From NCBI RefSeq assembly GCF_020745735.1, contig NC_083401.1, forward strand, positions 134,227,740 to 134,291,739: 64,000 nucleotides of DNA, in the 5' to 3' direction. A program made the translations under genes and the position numbers. Positions 48,416 through 61,100 of the stretch are shown piece by piece; within the stretch, counting starts at the first letter, position 1, and each line of letters opens with the position of its first letter. Under the pieces are notes generated by a model. The model saw nothing but the letters and a program-made list of their open reading frames with translations, was not told where the DNA came from and made no database searches. The stretch comes from Hemiscyllium ocellatum (Eukaryota).

Positions 48416-48485
48416 TCCACCTTAGTATTGTGGTTAGTATCCCACCTGCCATGTGGGAGATCAGGGTTCAATTCTCTGATACGGA
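48416..48485 (+). pseudogene. tRNA-Asp(GTC)-derived pseudogene
   Basis: TCCACCTTAGTATTGTGGTTAGTATCCCACCTGCCATGTGGGAGATCAGGGTTCAATTCTCTGATACGGA aligns over its length to vertebrate tRNA-Asp, mostly with CpG-decay changes; stems are broken. Confidence 0.75.
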
Positions 48486-48534
48486 CTAGCTGATCTCTGT
48501 GTGAATGGTTGTCTATCACTAAGGATATGTCTTT

Positions 48535-49335
48535 GGCACAAAGTTTGTCTGGGTGGTGGCAGTGAGGAAGACAATTCTTAGGTTACAGGAGAATGTAGAC
48601 AGATTGGTCAGATAGGCAGATCAGCAGCAAATGGAGTTTAACCCTGACAAGTGTGAGGTGATGGACTTTGGAAGAAGCAACAAAATAAGGGGATACTCAA
48701 TGAATGGCAGGTCACTAAGAAACTCACAGGAACAGAGAGATCATGAAGTGCTTGTCCACAGATCACTGAAGATGGCAACATAAATAAGGGTAGTTACTGT
48801 CCTTATTAGTTGTGGAATAGATTATAGGTCGGAAGGCTTTGTTAGAGCTATACAGGACTTTGGTTAGGACATAGCTGGAGTACTGTGTGCATTTATGGTC
48901 ACTGCACTATCAGAAGGATTTGATTGCACTGTTTGTGCAGAGGAAATTCACCAGGACATTGCCTGGGATAAAGCATTTTAGATAAAAAGAGAGGATGGAT
49001 AAGCTCAGGTTGTTTTCTTTCAGTCATGGAAGGTTGAGGTAGGACTTGAGGTATTAGGTTATTAGGGAATGGAGACCATGAATGAAAGCAGCTTTTCCCC
49101 TTAGTTGAAGGGTCAATAACACGGGGAATTTAATTTTCATGTGAAAGATGGAAGGTTTACAGGGAGCTAAGAATTTTCAATGCACCGCCTCGGAGGGTAG
49201 GTGAGGCAGAAAATCTCACAGCCTTTAAAATGAATGGCTATGAGCTAAGTGCTGGAAAGTTGGCAGATTTAGAATAGGTTTCTGTCAGTGCAGACTCAAT
49301 GGGCTAAAGGACATCCTCTGTACTCTATGATTCTA
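48535..49335 (+). mobile_element. Old CR1 3' fragment
   Basis: QMEFNPDKCEVMDFG and LYRTLVRT.LEYCVHLWS motifs; CTCTATGATTCTAT tail. Confidence 0.85.
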
Positions 49336-49865
49336 TCAGAATTTAGGATATGAAGAAGGGGGAGGACTGGCGCATAGGAGACCCAAGGTTTACTGCACAG
49401 TTTCAGGAAAACAGTCCTCTCCATCCTGGCCCAGAAAGAAACTTAAACTTGAAAACAATTTACTGCCCCTGCTTGAAGCCCGAGCAGGTTTGGTTTGGTA
49501 GAAATTATATGACTGCTCCCTCACTTCGGCCTCAGGCTAAAATTGAAGTTGAGCCCTGATGGCATGATGGTGACACAATGTGTAAAGTTAAAGCATAACT
49601 CCAAAGGCTTCAGGCAGATGGCCAGTAGCCTGTTGAAAAACAATGGTTAAAATTCAAATTCAACATGAAAACAGCAGGATCACAGCATATAATTTACTGT
49701 CTATATTTTGAACTACCTTCTGACCAGTTAAAACCAAGGAGAGTAAAATTTAGCCCCTAGGCTTCAGGCATTTTCAGTACCACAATATCCTTCTTGAAAC
49801 TAAAATCTCCTTTCTTGGTGAAAATAAGTGAATGTCCTGCTTGGGGTCCATGTTTCTCCATCTTA

Positions 49866-50183
49866 GTCACAGAATCCCTGCAGTGTGGAAACAGGCCCTT
49901 CAGCCCTACAAGACCACACTGACCCTGTGAGAAGTATCTCACCCAAACCCATTCCTCAACATTTACCCCTAACCTACACATCCTTGAAAACAGTGGGCAA
50001 TTTAGCATGGCCAATTCACCTAGCCTGCACCTCTTTGGATTGTGGGAGGAAACCAGAGCACTCAGAGGAAACCCACATGGACAGGGGGAAGACATGCAAA
50101 CTCCACACAGACAGCCTGGAATCAAACCTGGGTTCCTGGCAACGTGAGGCAGCAGCGCAACCACTGAGCCACCTTACTGTCCC
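49866..50183 (-). mobile_element. HE1-type SINE
   Basis: Reverse-complement match to the copies at 1319 and 47573. Confidence 0.88.
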
Positions 50184-50415
50184 AAATGTGCTTTATATAT
50201 TTTGCTTTTCTTTCCAGAGCTCTCCAATTCAAGGTTCATTTTGGTGCATTTACCACAATGTAATGACATACAGGCAGGTAAACTGGCAGTAACCTGTCCA
50301 CCAGAAAACTAAAATGTTTTTTTTCTGCTCAGTATCCTGTAGGGTAATAGTTTATAGTTCCAAGCATTTTTCAACCTGCTCAACCTTCCTCAAAGGGCAA
50401 TGCCTTCATCTCTAC

Positions 50416-50535
50416 ATGATGAAGGAGCAGCGCTCTGGAAGCTAATGCTTCCAACTAAACTTGTTGGACGATAACCTGGTGGCATGTGATTTTTATCTTT
50501 GTCCACCCCAGTCCGGCACTGGCACCTCCACATCA
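50416..50535 (+). mobile_element. PLE family B terminal fragment including the distal tail
   Basis: Degenerate TGATGAAGGAGCAGCGCTCTGGAAGCTA...GTCCACCCCAGTCCGGCACTGGCACCTCCACATCA. Confidence 0.75.
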
Positions 50536-50878
50536 TTAATCACAGTGATGAGCCTCGTGAAACTTTTTTTGAATTGCTTCCAATACAAGTAAATCCTTCC
50601 TTAAGTGTGGAGACCAAACTGTTCCCAGCAATCTTGGTACAGGTTTGCGAAAGCCCTGCACTATTTTTTTTAAGCTCCATTGACCTTGCAATAAAGATCA
50701 ACATTCCACATGCCCTTGTAATTACTTGCTGTGCTTGTGTGTTAACGTTTTGTGATCCATGCACAGTGACATTCAGATCTATTTGTACTGCACCATTCTG
50801 TAATTTCTTCTAGTTTAAATAATATTTTGCTTTACTATTCTTCCTGCCTAAGTTCACAACTTCATATTTTCCAGCACA

Positions 50879-51093
50879 TGTGATGGCTGGAAAAGCACAG
50901 CCGGTCAGGCAGCATCCAAGGAGCAGGAGAGTCAACATTTTGAGCATGAGCTCTTCATCAGGAAACTCTTCATCAAGCTCATGCTTAAAACATCGACTCT
51001 CCTACCCCTCGGATGCTGCCTGACCTGCTGTGCTATTCCAGCATCACACTTTTCGACTCTAATCTCCAGCATCTGCAGTCCTCACTTCCTCCT
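50879..51093 (+). mobile_element. Older fold-back PLE family A mini-insertion
   Basis: Imperfect inverted arms at about 50879-50952 and 50976-51048, followed by the family terminus. Confidence 0.8.
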
Positions 51094-51359
51094 GCCCTCA
51101 CATTTTCGCAGGTTATCAGCTAACGTGTTTCTCATTCACTAAAACCTATTGATATCCCATAGCATCTCCTTTGGACTGATTCCAGAGCTCTTTAACAATG
51201 GTGAGTGAAACCCTGTTGTGGAGATTCTGCCCCCATTTCTGGCAGCTTGCATTTTTGTCAGTGGGAGAAGTGGAAACGATGTGCAGTGATTGGAACTCCC
51301 TGGATCTTGTTGACTATGAGATCCTTGATTGGGGTCATTAATGTGGGCCAATCAGGAAA

Positions 51360-51797
51360 GCTCTGGCTGACCAATATAACCAGGAGACACCTCTTCTCCT
51401 TTATCCACCGCCCGGACATGCCATGCCGTGCCCACTTACCATCGGGCGGTGGGAATCCCCAGTGGAGGGCTCTCTACGTGGGAGTCCTCCCCCTTACGCT
51501 TGGGGATCTGGGGTGGAGGGTGCATGCAGCGGATTGTGGTGTTTCACAGACTTCCAGCCCAACTGCTTGTCCTGTGGTGCTGTGGAGTCCGTGAACCATG
51601 TATATATGGGGTGTGGGCATCTACACTCCCTTTTTGCTTTTCTTAAAGATCTTTTATGTTTTTGGTTACATTTCAGTCCTACGCTCCTGATCTTTGGGCA
51701 TCTGGTGTGGAAGGGTAGGTCAGGTCAGAGGATCCCTTCGTGGGTGTGCTCCTGGGCCAGGCCAAACTGGCCAGAAACAGGTCCATGCAGCAGTTCG
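51360..51797 (+). mobile_element. Tx1/L1-clade LINE ORF2 C-terminal (zinc-knuckle) fragment
   Basis: GDLGWRVH...CLSCGAVESVNHVYMGCGHLHSLFAFLKDLLCFWLHFSPTLLIFGH. Confidence 0.7.
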
Positions 51798-51941
51798 TGT
51801 AGGAAATAAATAGATAAGAGAAAAGAGAAAAAGAATAAATATATATAACCAGGTGATTTAGAATCTCCTCAGTTCAGGGGACTGAATTCAAGCTGACTGG
51901 CTACAGCCAGTGTACCGTGCACAAGTAAATAAAGGGTGTAG

Positions 51942-52884
51942 TGGTGACGGGATACTGGCCTTTGTGCAGCTGTTTCAATGTCAATCATACGGGTCAGAAG
52001 CCCAAACTAAGCAGGGCCAATCGAATTTAGTGCTGAGTTGAAACAGACCCCATTTTTGCTGTTCCAAGGGCCTTAACTCACAGTGTGGGAGTTCATGAAT
52101 TTATTTGAAGGAGTCGAAGTTAATACCTGCGACGGGTGGGTAAAGTCTCTTTAATTATCATGATTTGATATCTTTCTAAATCCTTTGCCAATAAAAGCTA
52201 AGAAAAAGACTGAAGCTGTTAAGTTTGAATTTTAAAAGAAACACCCTCTGCTGAAATGCTTCGGTTGACAAACTCTCTGCTGAAGATTAGGAAAAAAAGG
52301 CCAACTGTTTCTGCAGTTTCAAGAGATCTTAATGACATCTCCCAAGAGCTAAGGCCATAATGAATGCTTGGTTGAGTTTCAAAGGTTTCAAAGCATGTAT
52401 CTCAATGATGGACAGCTGGACAGTACGGTCACACTCGATTGATAGTTTAAAGATGCTCTTAAAGGAATATGTATTGTTATTGTTTTTATATCATATTTAA
52501 CTTTTGAAGGGATTTTAAACGTTTGAATGGCCATCAGTAATGGAATTTTGGTTTTCAATATCGGATGTACAACGCAGGTCCAGGCAGGTCCAGGCAGCGG
52601 TTCGTGTAGGAAATAAATAGATAAGAAGAAAGAGAAAAAAGAATAAATATATATTTACTCAGTGCTGCTGACAAAGCTGCGTGTTGTTTTTGTGTCTGCT
52701 TGTAATATTCGACTCCTTCAAATAAATTCATGAACTCTCACACTGTGAGTTAAGGCCCTTGAAACAGCAAAAATGGGGTCTGTTTCAACTCAGCACTAAA
52801 TTCGATTGGCCCTGCTTAGTTTGGGCTTCTGACCCGTATGACTGACATTGAAACAGCTGCACAAAGGCCAGTATCCCGTCACCA
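51942..52884. repeat. 177-bp inverted repeat (51942-52118 / 52708-52884)
   Basis: By direct comparison the arms are reverse complements with 3 mismatches; 589-bp spacer. Confidence 0.95.
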
Positions 52885-53385
52885 ATCTTTTAGATTGTTA
52901 GAATTTTTTTCATCTCTCCACATCTCTGGATGTATTCTCATAGTGGAGACCAGCTGAAGAGTCATTGAGGCATGATGTGGCACAAGGTGCTATGAGTAGG
53001 GATGAGTTGGCATGCTACGAATTCCTTGGAGGGTATTTCTGCAAGTCTGCCTCCTGCACCCCACAACAGTTCAGATACTGAAAACTTGGTGAGTATTTTT
53101 GCTGGATTAGTCAGGAGTAGTTGTCTTTGCAGCTTCTTCAGCAAGAAACATCCCAGGTCACTGCATTCAGATGACTCTCAGAGCCCATCCCCATCCAGAA
53201 AATGGCCAGATGGCATTGACAATTAACCGCTTCATTGAGATGTACAAGCAGACACAGAAACAACATGCAGCTTTGTCAGCAACACTGAGTAAATTGACTC
53301 AAAGATTGGTGTTCCATTAATGCTGTTTGCTCCATGTTGCCTCTGGCAAGTGGGTGTAAGGCTGCCTCCATGGATACAATGAGGT

Positions 53386-53480
53386 GTGCAGATGCTGAAG
53401 TGTGTTGCTGGAAAAGCACAGCAGGTCAGGCAGTATCCAAGGAGCAAGAAAATCGACGTTTCCGGGCCAGAGCCTTTCAA
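53386..53480 (-). mobile_element. PLE family A terminal fragment
   Basis: GTGTTGCTGGAAAAGCACAGCAGGTCAGGCAGTATCCAAGGAGCAAGAAAATCGACGTTTCCGGGC. Confidence 0.8.
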
Positions 53481-56219
53481 GTGGCTTAGCATCAAAAGAA
53501 GTATCAGAAGAATGAGGAATACTGACCTCACTGCAGGAGCCCTCTCCTCTCAAGGAAACAGGATGATGTCACTTGGCAACCTGCTGGAGGAGCTACCACA
53601 TTGCGGGTCCGAGAGGTCTTCTCTTAGGACACCTGAGAGGTGGCCGGGCCTTCTATTTCCACCCTAAGGCATGTGGTAGTTTAAGCCAAGGAGGGTGTAC
53701 AATATCTGGGCAAAAATATCTGGGTTCATGAAACACAAACGCTCCTGCATTTGTCTGTTCAAAGGTCCAAAGCCAACAGCTTTACTAGAGATGTATTTGG
53801 AGAGAATGGAAGAAGAAGACGGCATTCTGAGGGTATATAGGTGACCAGATATGATGGTGTATTTTCATTTAGCTGCAGCTGCAAGAATTATGGCACAAAG
53901 CCTTGCCATCCTTGGTGTTACATGAGATTTTATCATCACTGGTGTGAAGTGAGCAGACTGTGGGAACTTGGAAGTTGAGTGCTTATTTGGCACTTAGTTT
54001 CAATTGTTCCAGGCTGCAATACATTGCAGCACAGTCATTTGTTGGATTTATTCCTGATGCTGCATAAGGTGGTCAAGTCTGGTTGAGGGCAGCATTTGCA
54101 TTTCACAGGTAGGTCAATGCACATGGTTCACAGACAGTTTTGTGTCTGCCATTGGCAGACTGCGTGTGTAGAAGACAAGTTTACATATTAATGAAATGCT
54201 AATGGATGCAAATGGATGTGAATAGTTTTCCTGCCACTCACTTGCGAGATTCTATCTCACCATTCAATACTTGATTGGAGAATTAAATCTTTTGCTTCCA
54301 TTGTTAAGAATCTCATTACTGTCGCTCGCACTCTGTTTTCCCAATGTTCTCACCACGCTCATGACAATTAAGGTTGAGGAAGATTCTAAACTATCACTTT
54401 AATTATAATTATCTGTTTTGCACATTGCGTGATTTACTCATCTTTTCACTTGAACTTTGAAGATCTCCCTTCACATGAATCCTTCAACCATACTTTACTT
54501 AATATGGTTAGCATTGTCTTGAGAATGGGAGATGGAGATATTTGGATGAAGTATGAAATTAGATAATCAAAAACCATCTGCCCTCTATTTTTATGGAATG
54601 TATCTTTAATTCTTGGCTCATTAACATGAATATTTTTTCATAACGGCTGCAACATAAGGATGAAAGGAAATTTTGAGCCTGTCTCATCCAACTTTAATAC
54701 AAAACAAACCACTAAAACATAACACATTTTGGAAAAATTGTCAAAAGATGCCATACAACCCAAACCCTGTTTCCTTTGTTACCTAATCCATGGTTTCCTA
54801 CATGGGCAAATAAAATTTGCAATACTGTATCTAAAATTTCACAGAAATCTAAATCTAAACAGGCTTTGCCTTTATCCAGATGCTTCAACAGCTGGTACAA
54901 GACTTTCAACAAGTTGATTTTTGCTCCATATGTCTTCTTCCATAGATAAATATTATTGAATATGATTATAGTCCTTACATATTGAAATATGTTTGTATTA
55001 AGCTTAAAAACTGTCACTTAAATGTAAAAAAAATTACAACAGTTAATCAAGTCTCATTGATTACACTCAACCCACCTTTTAAAATAATCTTATGATAAGA
55101 TAGAATATAATATGCAAAGTAGTGAGATGTTGTCCTCTTAACAATAAACAGCCTTTTTCTAAAATGTAGAAATAGTCTATGAAAATCTTTGACTTCTTTA
55201 AATGCAAAGCACTAACATTCTCAAAAAATAGTTAAAACTACCTTCACATTAAAAAACATGTCAATGAACAGTTGAGTTTAGTTAATGTTATGCATCTTAA
55301 GATCAGACTTTATTGGAAACTTTGTTGAACATTGTATAAAAACACTTCAGTTTACATTCTTTACACAATGCAAGATTGTACTAAGTTTAATGGTTTTACT
55401 GAAGCTTTTCTTAAGATAATGAAGACTCAGGGAATTAGACTCCTGCACTATTATTTCTGGAGTGCCAAAATCCAACCTTTTTCCATTACTACTTCTGAGA
55501 TATATGCTACCTCTCAGTGACAGTGAATGTGAATGTTTACACTGAGAAGATCAGGCTCTACCTCACCATCCTCTTGATCGACCTTTATGTCTTGGTCCCT
55601 CTACTTGTTTCTGATTTGTTACACAGCCTTTCCAACGTAAAGTATAAGTAGTCATTTCCTTCAATTAAGTATTAGGGAGAACAATCAATTGTCTTCGATC
55701 CTCACCATTAACTCTGTTCCTATTCATTTAGTCTATCTCCATCTCCTGTCTGAGGCGGAACCAGGCAATCTTGATGTGCTACTTTAACCTGAGCTGAGCC
55801 TTTATATCTTTAAACATTCCATTACCAAGGCTGTCTATGTATACCCCTCTAACAATGCCCCTTTTACATCCTTGTATCAGCTTATTGGTTGCTGGACCCC
55901 TCATTATACTTGCTCAGTTCTAGACTTGACTAATTCAATGATATCTGAACTGCCTTGTCAATTTACAGCATCCATAAATTTGAGTCCATTCAAACCTCTG
56001 TTGTTCCTAACTCACATCAAGCTCCCTTTATCCATTATCTTGTAAGCCCAGACTCAGTGGCTCGTTAATGACAATGCCATGATTGTAAAATTCTTCTCCT
56101 CATTCACAAGCCCCTCAATGGCCTGGACTCTTTCTTCTCCAGCTGCATAACCTGGATTTCTCTAGTTCTGTTTTCTTCTGGATTCCAAGTTTGCCTTGGT
56201 GACAGGTGATCATACTGAA

Positions 56220-56572
56220 ACATGAAAGATTGTTAGGAGATATGATATGGTACAAATGATTGTTTCTCCTTGTGGGAGAGTCTAGGCCCAAAGTGCACAA
56301 TAGGGGCTATATATTTACAACAGAGATGGGGAGGAATTTATTCTCTCAGGTAGTAGTAAATCGGTGGAATTATTTACCATAGAGGACTGTGCTTAACAAT
56401 GAGTTGTTAAGTATATTATGGCTGAGATAGACAGGCTTTTAATCAGGAATAGAGGTAATGAGAAAAGGCAGGAAAATGGAGTTGAAGACGAATGTATCAG
56501 CTATGATCTCATTAAGTGGCAGAACTGACTTGATAGGCTGAATGGCCTAATTCTCCTCCTCTGTCTTACAGT
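56220..56572 (+). mobile_element. Old CR1 3' end
   Basis: EMGRNLFSQVVVNRWNYLP motif and CR1 3' UTR GGCTGAATGGCCTAATTCTCCTCCT. Confidence 0.75.
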
Positions 56573-58009
56573 CCTGGGTTGCTCACAATGCCCTCAGCTA
56601 CTTCTCCCTGTCCTTTGAGATGCTTATTTTAACTGTGGCTGAAGTTCCTCAATTTGAGAATCTATTACCTTCTTCTTTGTCTTAAATGGAACTTAGATTT
56701 TCTCAGCTTTATGTAGCCTCTTCTGGGTTTTAACCAAAGATTTCTGGCCTGAAACATTCAAACTAGACTCATCAAAACCTTTCTTAATAGCCCTAAACTA
56801 CCTTCTTTCTTTAGAAGTAATTGTGCTACACATCTCACTTCAGTCAAAGATTGTGCAACCTGTCCCAAACTGAAATTAAAGTAGTTACTGTACAAGCTTT
56901 GGGTGTTTCCACTAAGCCCTAAAAACAATCCCAAAATCATCTAACTGGATGCCTAGTACAAATGTATTACATTTGGTCATAAATTCTCAGATTTTATTTC
57001 CCCATTATTTTCCAGGAGGTTTCTTTCTAGTACTTTAAAAAAATAAATTATCATAGCTATAGAAATATCTATAAGTTAATCATTAAACTCTCTATGTTAT
57101 GTTTGATGTTGTTTATGACTTTGATAGGGACCTTTTATTTCCAGTGTAGAGTCAGACTAAAGGTGCTCAAGTAGGGAGTTGAGCGAACAATGGGCTCAAA
57201 TTTGAAATGAGACCACACACTCAGTGACATTGGAGAAAAAAGTGAGGATGGTAGTGGGACAGTAAATTGGATAGACAGATAAGTCAAGGATTGATTTTTT
57301 TTAGAGGCTAGTATTATTGATGACAAATTAAAGAAAAAGATGCCAGTATCTGAGAAAAGGGATCTATTATCACAAACATTGGGGGTCTAGAAAAGGAAGT
57401 TAGCAATTGCCAGTTTGTTCAGGCATCTCTTCATATTCTGTATTCCTTTCATTTATCCAATTGGCCACTTCTTCAAATTACTGTTTTGTTTGTTGAACAA
57501 AACTTGACGTCAATACATTTTTCCCTACGCCCAAGAACATCTCAATGTTTACAAATTTTTATCTTGAATGATGAGCTTTCAGAATTTGGCCAAAACCAAT
57601 TGATTCACCATCTCATTTTGTCACTTTCTTAGAAACATAGGAGCTGGTGTAGACCATTCAACCTCAAGCTTGCTCTGTTATTCTAGATCATGCTTGATGA
57701 TTCAAGTTGACTCTGTAGACATGTATTATCCTTTGAAGTCTTTAGTAAATAGAAATCTACGATCTCTGTTTTGAATTTACTTAATGATTGCGCTTCTAAA
57801 ATGCTCTGAATTTTCCTTATTTTAGTTCCACACTGTGACTAGACTGTTGGATTTGAATTATTTCAGGAGTTTTTTGTACCATCCTCTTCAAAGACAGACA
57901 CAAACAACTTGTTTCACTTCTCTGTTATTTCCCTACTTTCTGTTATAATCTCTCCTGTCTATGCCTGGAGGGACCCGTATTTGTCTTTGCTTTTTTTTCA
58001 GCTATTACA

Positions 58010-58190
58010 CCACAAGACGTTAGAGACATTCAATGAAAGCTATTCTATCACCTGTACTACTATGGAGCAAGCCATCAACATCCTGCAATGATTTCACTGC
58101 TCAGTTTGCTCATAGGGTCCTCCGAAATAAACGCTGGAGAAAGTGTTCATGTCTGCAGTGGTTTGTTACATTCTTCATAATCTCATAATC
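58010..58190 (+). mobile_element. PIF/Harbinger transposase C-terminal fossil
   Basis: FNESYSITCTTMEQAINILQ*FHC...LEKVFMSAVVCYILHNL resembles YN..H..TR..IE..IG.LK.RF.C...V..CC.LHN. Confidence 0.6.
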
Positions 58191-61100
58191 CTGAGTGTCT
58201 AGCTTCATCTGCTGCAATTCAGAGACCACTTTGGGAAGGGGAGGGAAGTGGAGGGGAAAGAAGAGGAGAAGGGTATGATGGGATAGTATTCATCATGTGC
58301 AATTGAACAATAAAAGGATGTTATAGTGAGGCATCACTTGGGTAGGAAGTCACTACCTTTCAGGTAGGAAGTCAATACCTGACTTCCAGACCAAGATTCA
58401 TAGAAAGCATAGTCTAGGTTTCTGTGCTAACCAGCAATGATGAATTATTAAAATTATTAGGCTATAACTACAGGCAAAGTCATAAACCATTGATGATTCA
58501 CTTGTAAAATATTTCTGTTTTATCAATTCAATAATCAAAGTTTACAGCAACTGGTGCATAAAGAAGTAATTTTTTTTTCAGGTTTTAAAGTGAGTTTTTT
58601 GCTGCAGAGAACAGAAGCTTCTGAGTTGGGAGAAGATCAGCACATTTAGTTCCCTCTCTCTGTTTGTGACTTGTCCCCAGTTCCAAGCTATTCACTAGTT
58701 GTTTAGAATTGTGATATCCAGTTGCATTCACCCACCTTTTACACCTTAGTGAGATTATTAAACTTCTTTCAGTATTGCTACTATGTTCAGGGTACAACCA
58801 CTGGACATTGACTACCCTGGCCATTTTCATTCCCTTCCGACACTTTTGCATGGACTTCCTGTCTCCCCAGCACCCCAACCACTGCATAATAGAAATTCAT
58901 TCTTGTTACAGGTTTTCAACTGCCTGTCTAGTATCTCCAGACTTAGCATCACTGAAACAGGAAGCCGCTCCAACATCCTCATTGTTCCTTTATACTCAAA
59001 CTGATTATCCAGCAGCACCCTTTTGAAACTTCCCATTTGTAGGAACTAGTGCCTTTAAAAAAAAGGAAGGCTCCTCAGACTGTGAGGTTAGTGCTGAATG
59101 GTATTTAGTCTCTTGCAGTTATCAAAGGCTACCGACAGTGCCAGAGAGATCAACTCAGCTTGGATATTACTCAGGACCACTCTATATACACCTGTATAAT
59201 TTCATGTGCTGTCCACCTTGCTTTAAACCTGCATGGGCTGGTCACAAATCATGACCCTTGTGTATAAAAGAACTCAGCTTTCAAGTTTATAATTTACTGT
59301 CCATGCTACAATTCCAATCACTTCGCCATCACTGATGGTTAAGTAATAGGTTTATCAATTCTCAGTTTAGTTTTACCAATCATCTTAAGTAATGGATAGA
59401 TTTTGAAAGATCTTAACTAGCAAATGAACGACATCTTCACCAGTTTCTTTTAATATCATGGCAAAGAACCTAAGAGCCCCTGGAGATTATTGTATATTTA
59501 ATTTAATTGTTTTCCCATTAGATTTTTCCCTTCTTATATTGTATCTTGTTCCTCCATTGATTTATTTTTTAATTACCCTCAATTCCTCCTTTATTACTAG
59601 ACTTTACTGTAAAGACTGATTCAAGGTAAATATTAATTGATTTTGCCATTTCCTAAATTTCAATCCCAAGGTCATTGCCTTGTCATTAAGAGGCACATAT
59701 TACACAGAACAATTCTCTTACTCTTAATTTTTTTGAAAAAACCCTTTGATGTTGACCTTGATGACTCTTGTATAATTTTACTTTCATTCCCTTTGTGCAG
59801 CTCTAATCATTTTCTTTATATAGTATATGAAGGTTACTAAAGGTTTATTTTGTTTTAGTTTAACTTTATGCTCTATTCTTAAACAACCTCTTTAGGATAT
59901 TAAATGGCCAAGTCAAAACCGTTTGAGTTGGGATCTCTTGCGAATACAAAGATCACAAAGTGCTGATGACCCTATGCTCAATAGAAAGGCACACCCTATG
60001 AATTATGTTTCAAATGGCAGAAATATTTTTTCCCTTTTAAAGAAAATCAAGGATAGAGTTTATTTACAATTCTACTGGAATGTGCTTGTGGAACTAAGTG
60101 GGTTAAGGTATCCATTCATTCCCATTTAGGTTCGGGATTTAGCAAACTGTGCAGGTGACAGTCAAAGGGATAGGCCATAGTCGCCCTGTATTGTTGGTGA
60201 AAGGATTCCCTCACTCTGAATGCTAATAGCCAGTGGGTAAGCAAGCCAGACAAAAGGAAAAAGGACAACAAAAGGATTCACTTTTTTCCCAAACACTGGA
60301 ATTTCATAACTGTTCAAAGAAATCAGAGCAACAGAATTTCAGCAAGCCTTCAAAAACTAAAAATCTTGAAATTGACTGTTCAGTTACTAACTTCAAAACT
60401 ACTTATTACCTTCATTGTCAAAACATTCAACTGTCCACTCTTCAAAAACTTCACTTCAATGATGTGTATAACTTTTGTTTTAACTTTTACCTTTTTAGAC
60501 CTGTATCTTATTCCTAACTGTGTATATGTGTGCTATATTACTAAATCTTTTTAACAACTAATAAATGCATTCATTGTTAATCCAGGAAAGCCTGATTAAA
60601 CTGGCTCCTTTTAAAACATAAGCTCATTTGGATCTGGTAAAAGAAAGGGATCCATTTTTTAAATTAATCTTGTTGTAATTAACCAAGGGACAGGTGAATA
60701 AAGAAGGGGCGCCAAATTATTCCTCCTCTCCTGGGGGCTTAACAACTTAGGGTATTCCATCTGGAACTGGAACAAATTGGGGAACTTTATCCAGAATATG
60801 GGCTTAATACAGCTTAACTGTAATTTTATGTGCCTTTTGTACATTTTCTGATTGCATTAATGCGTCTGTGCCTAGCACTGGAAATTTCATTACAGTATTT
60901 AAATTAGTCTCTTGCATTGAGCAGGTTTCCCTGGACTGAGAAAGTTGAGTCACAAAACAGAAATAGCTGAAGTCTTTTATAGTAATACTTGCTGTATGGT
61001 AGAGCAGGAGTGTCACCTCCAGCCCCTCATGCAAACCAATGGCTATGATCAGCTTATTCTCCCTTCCATATCCCTATCAAATCCAATGATATCTCTTGAT

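Noticed and set aside
51798-51977. TG...CA segment as a complete solo LTR
   Set aside because: The 3' part looks LTR-like, but there is no matching TSD and the region is rearranged, so the boundaries cannot be supported.
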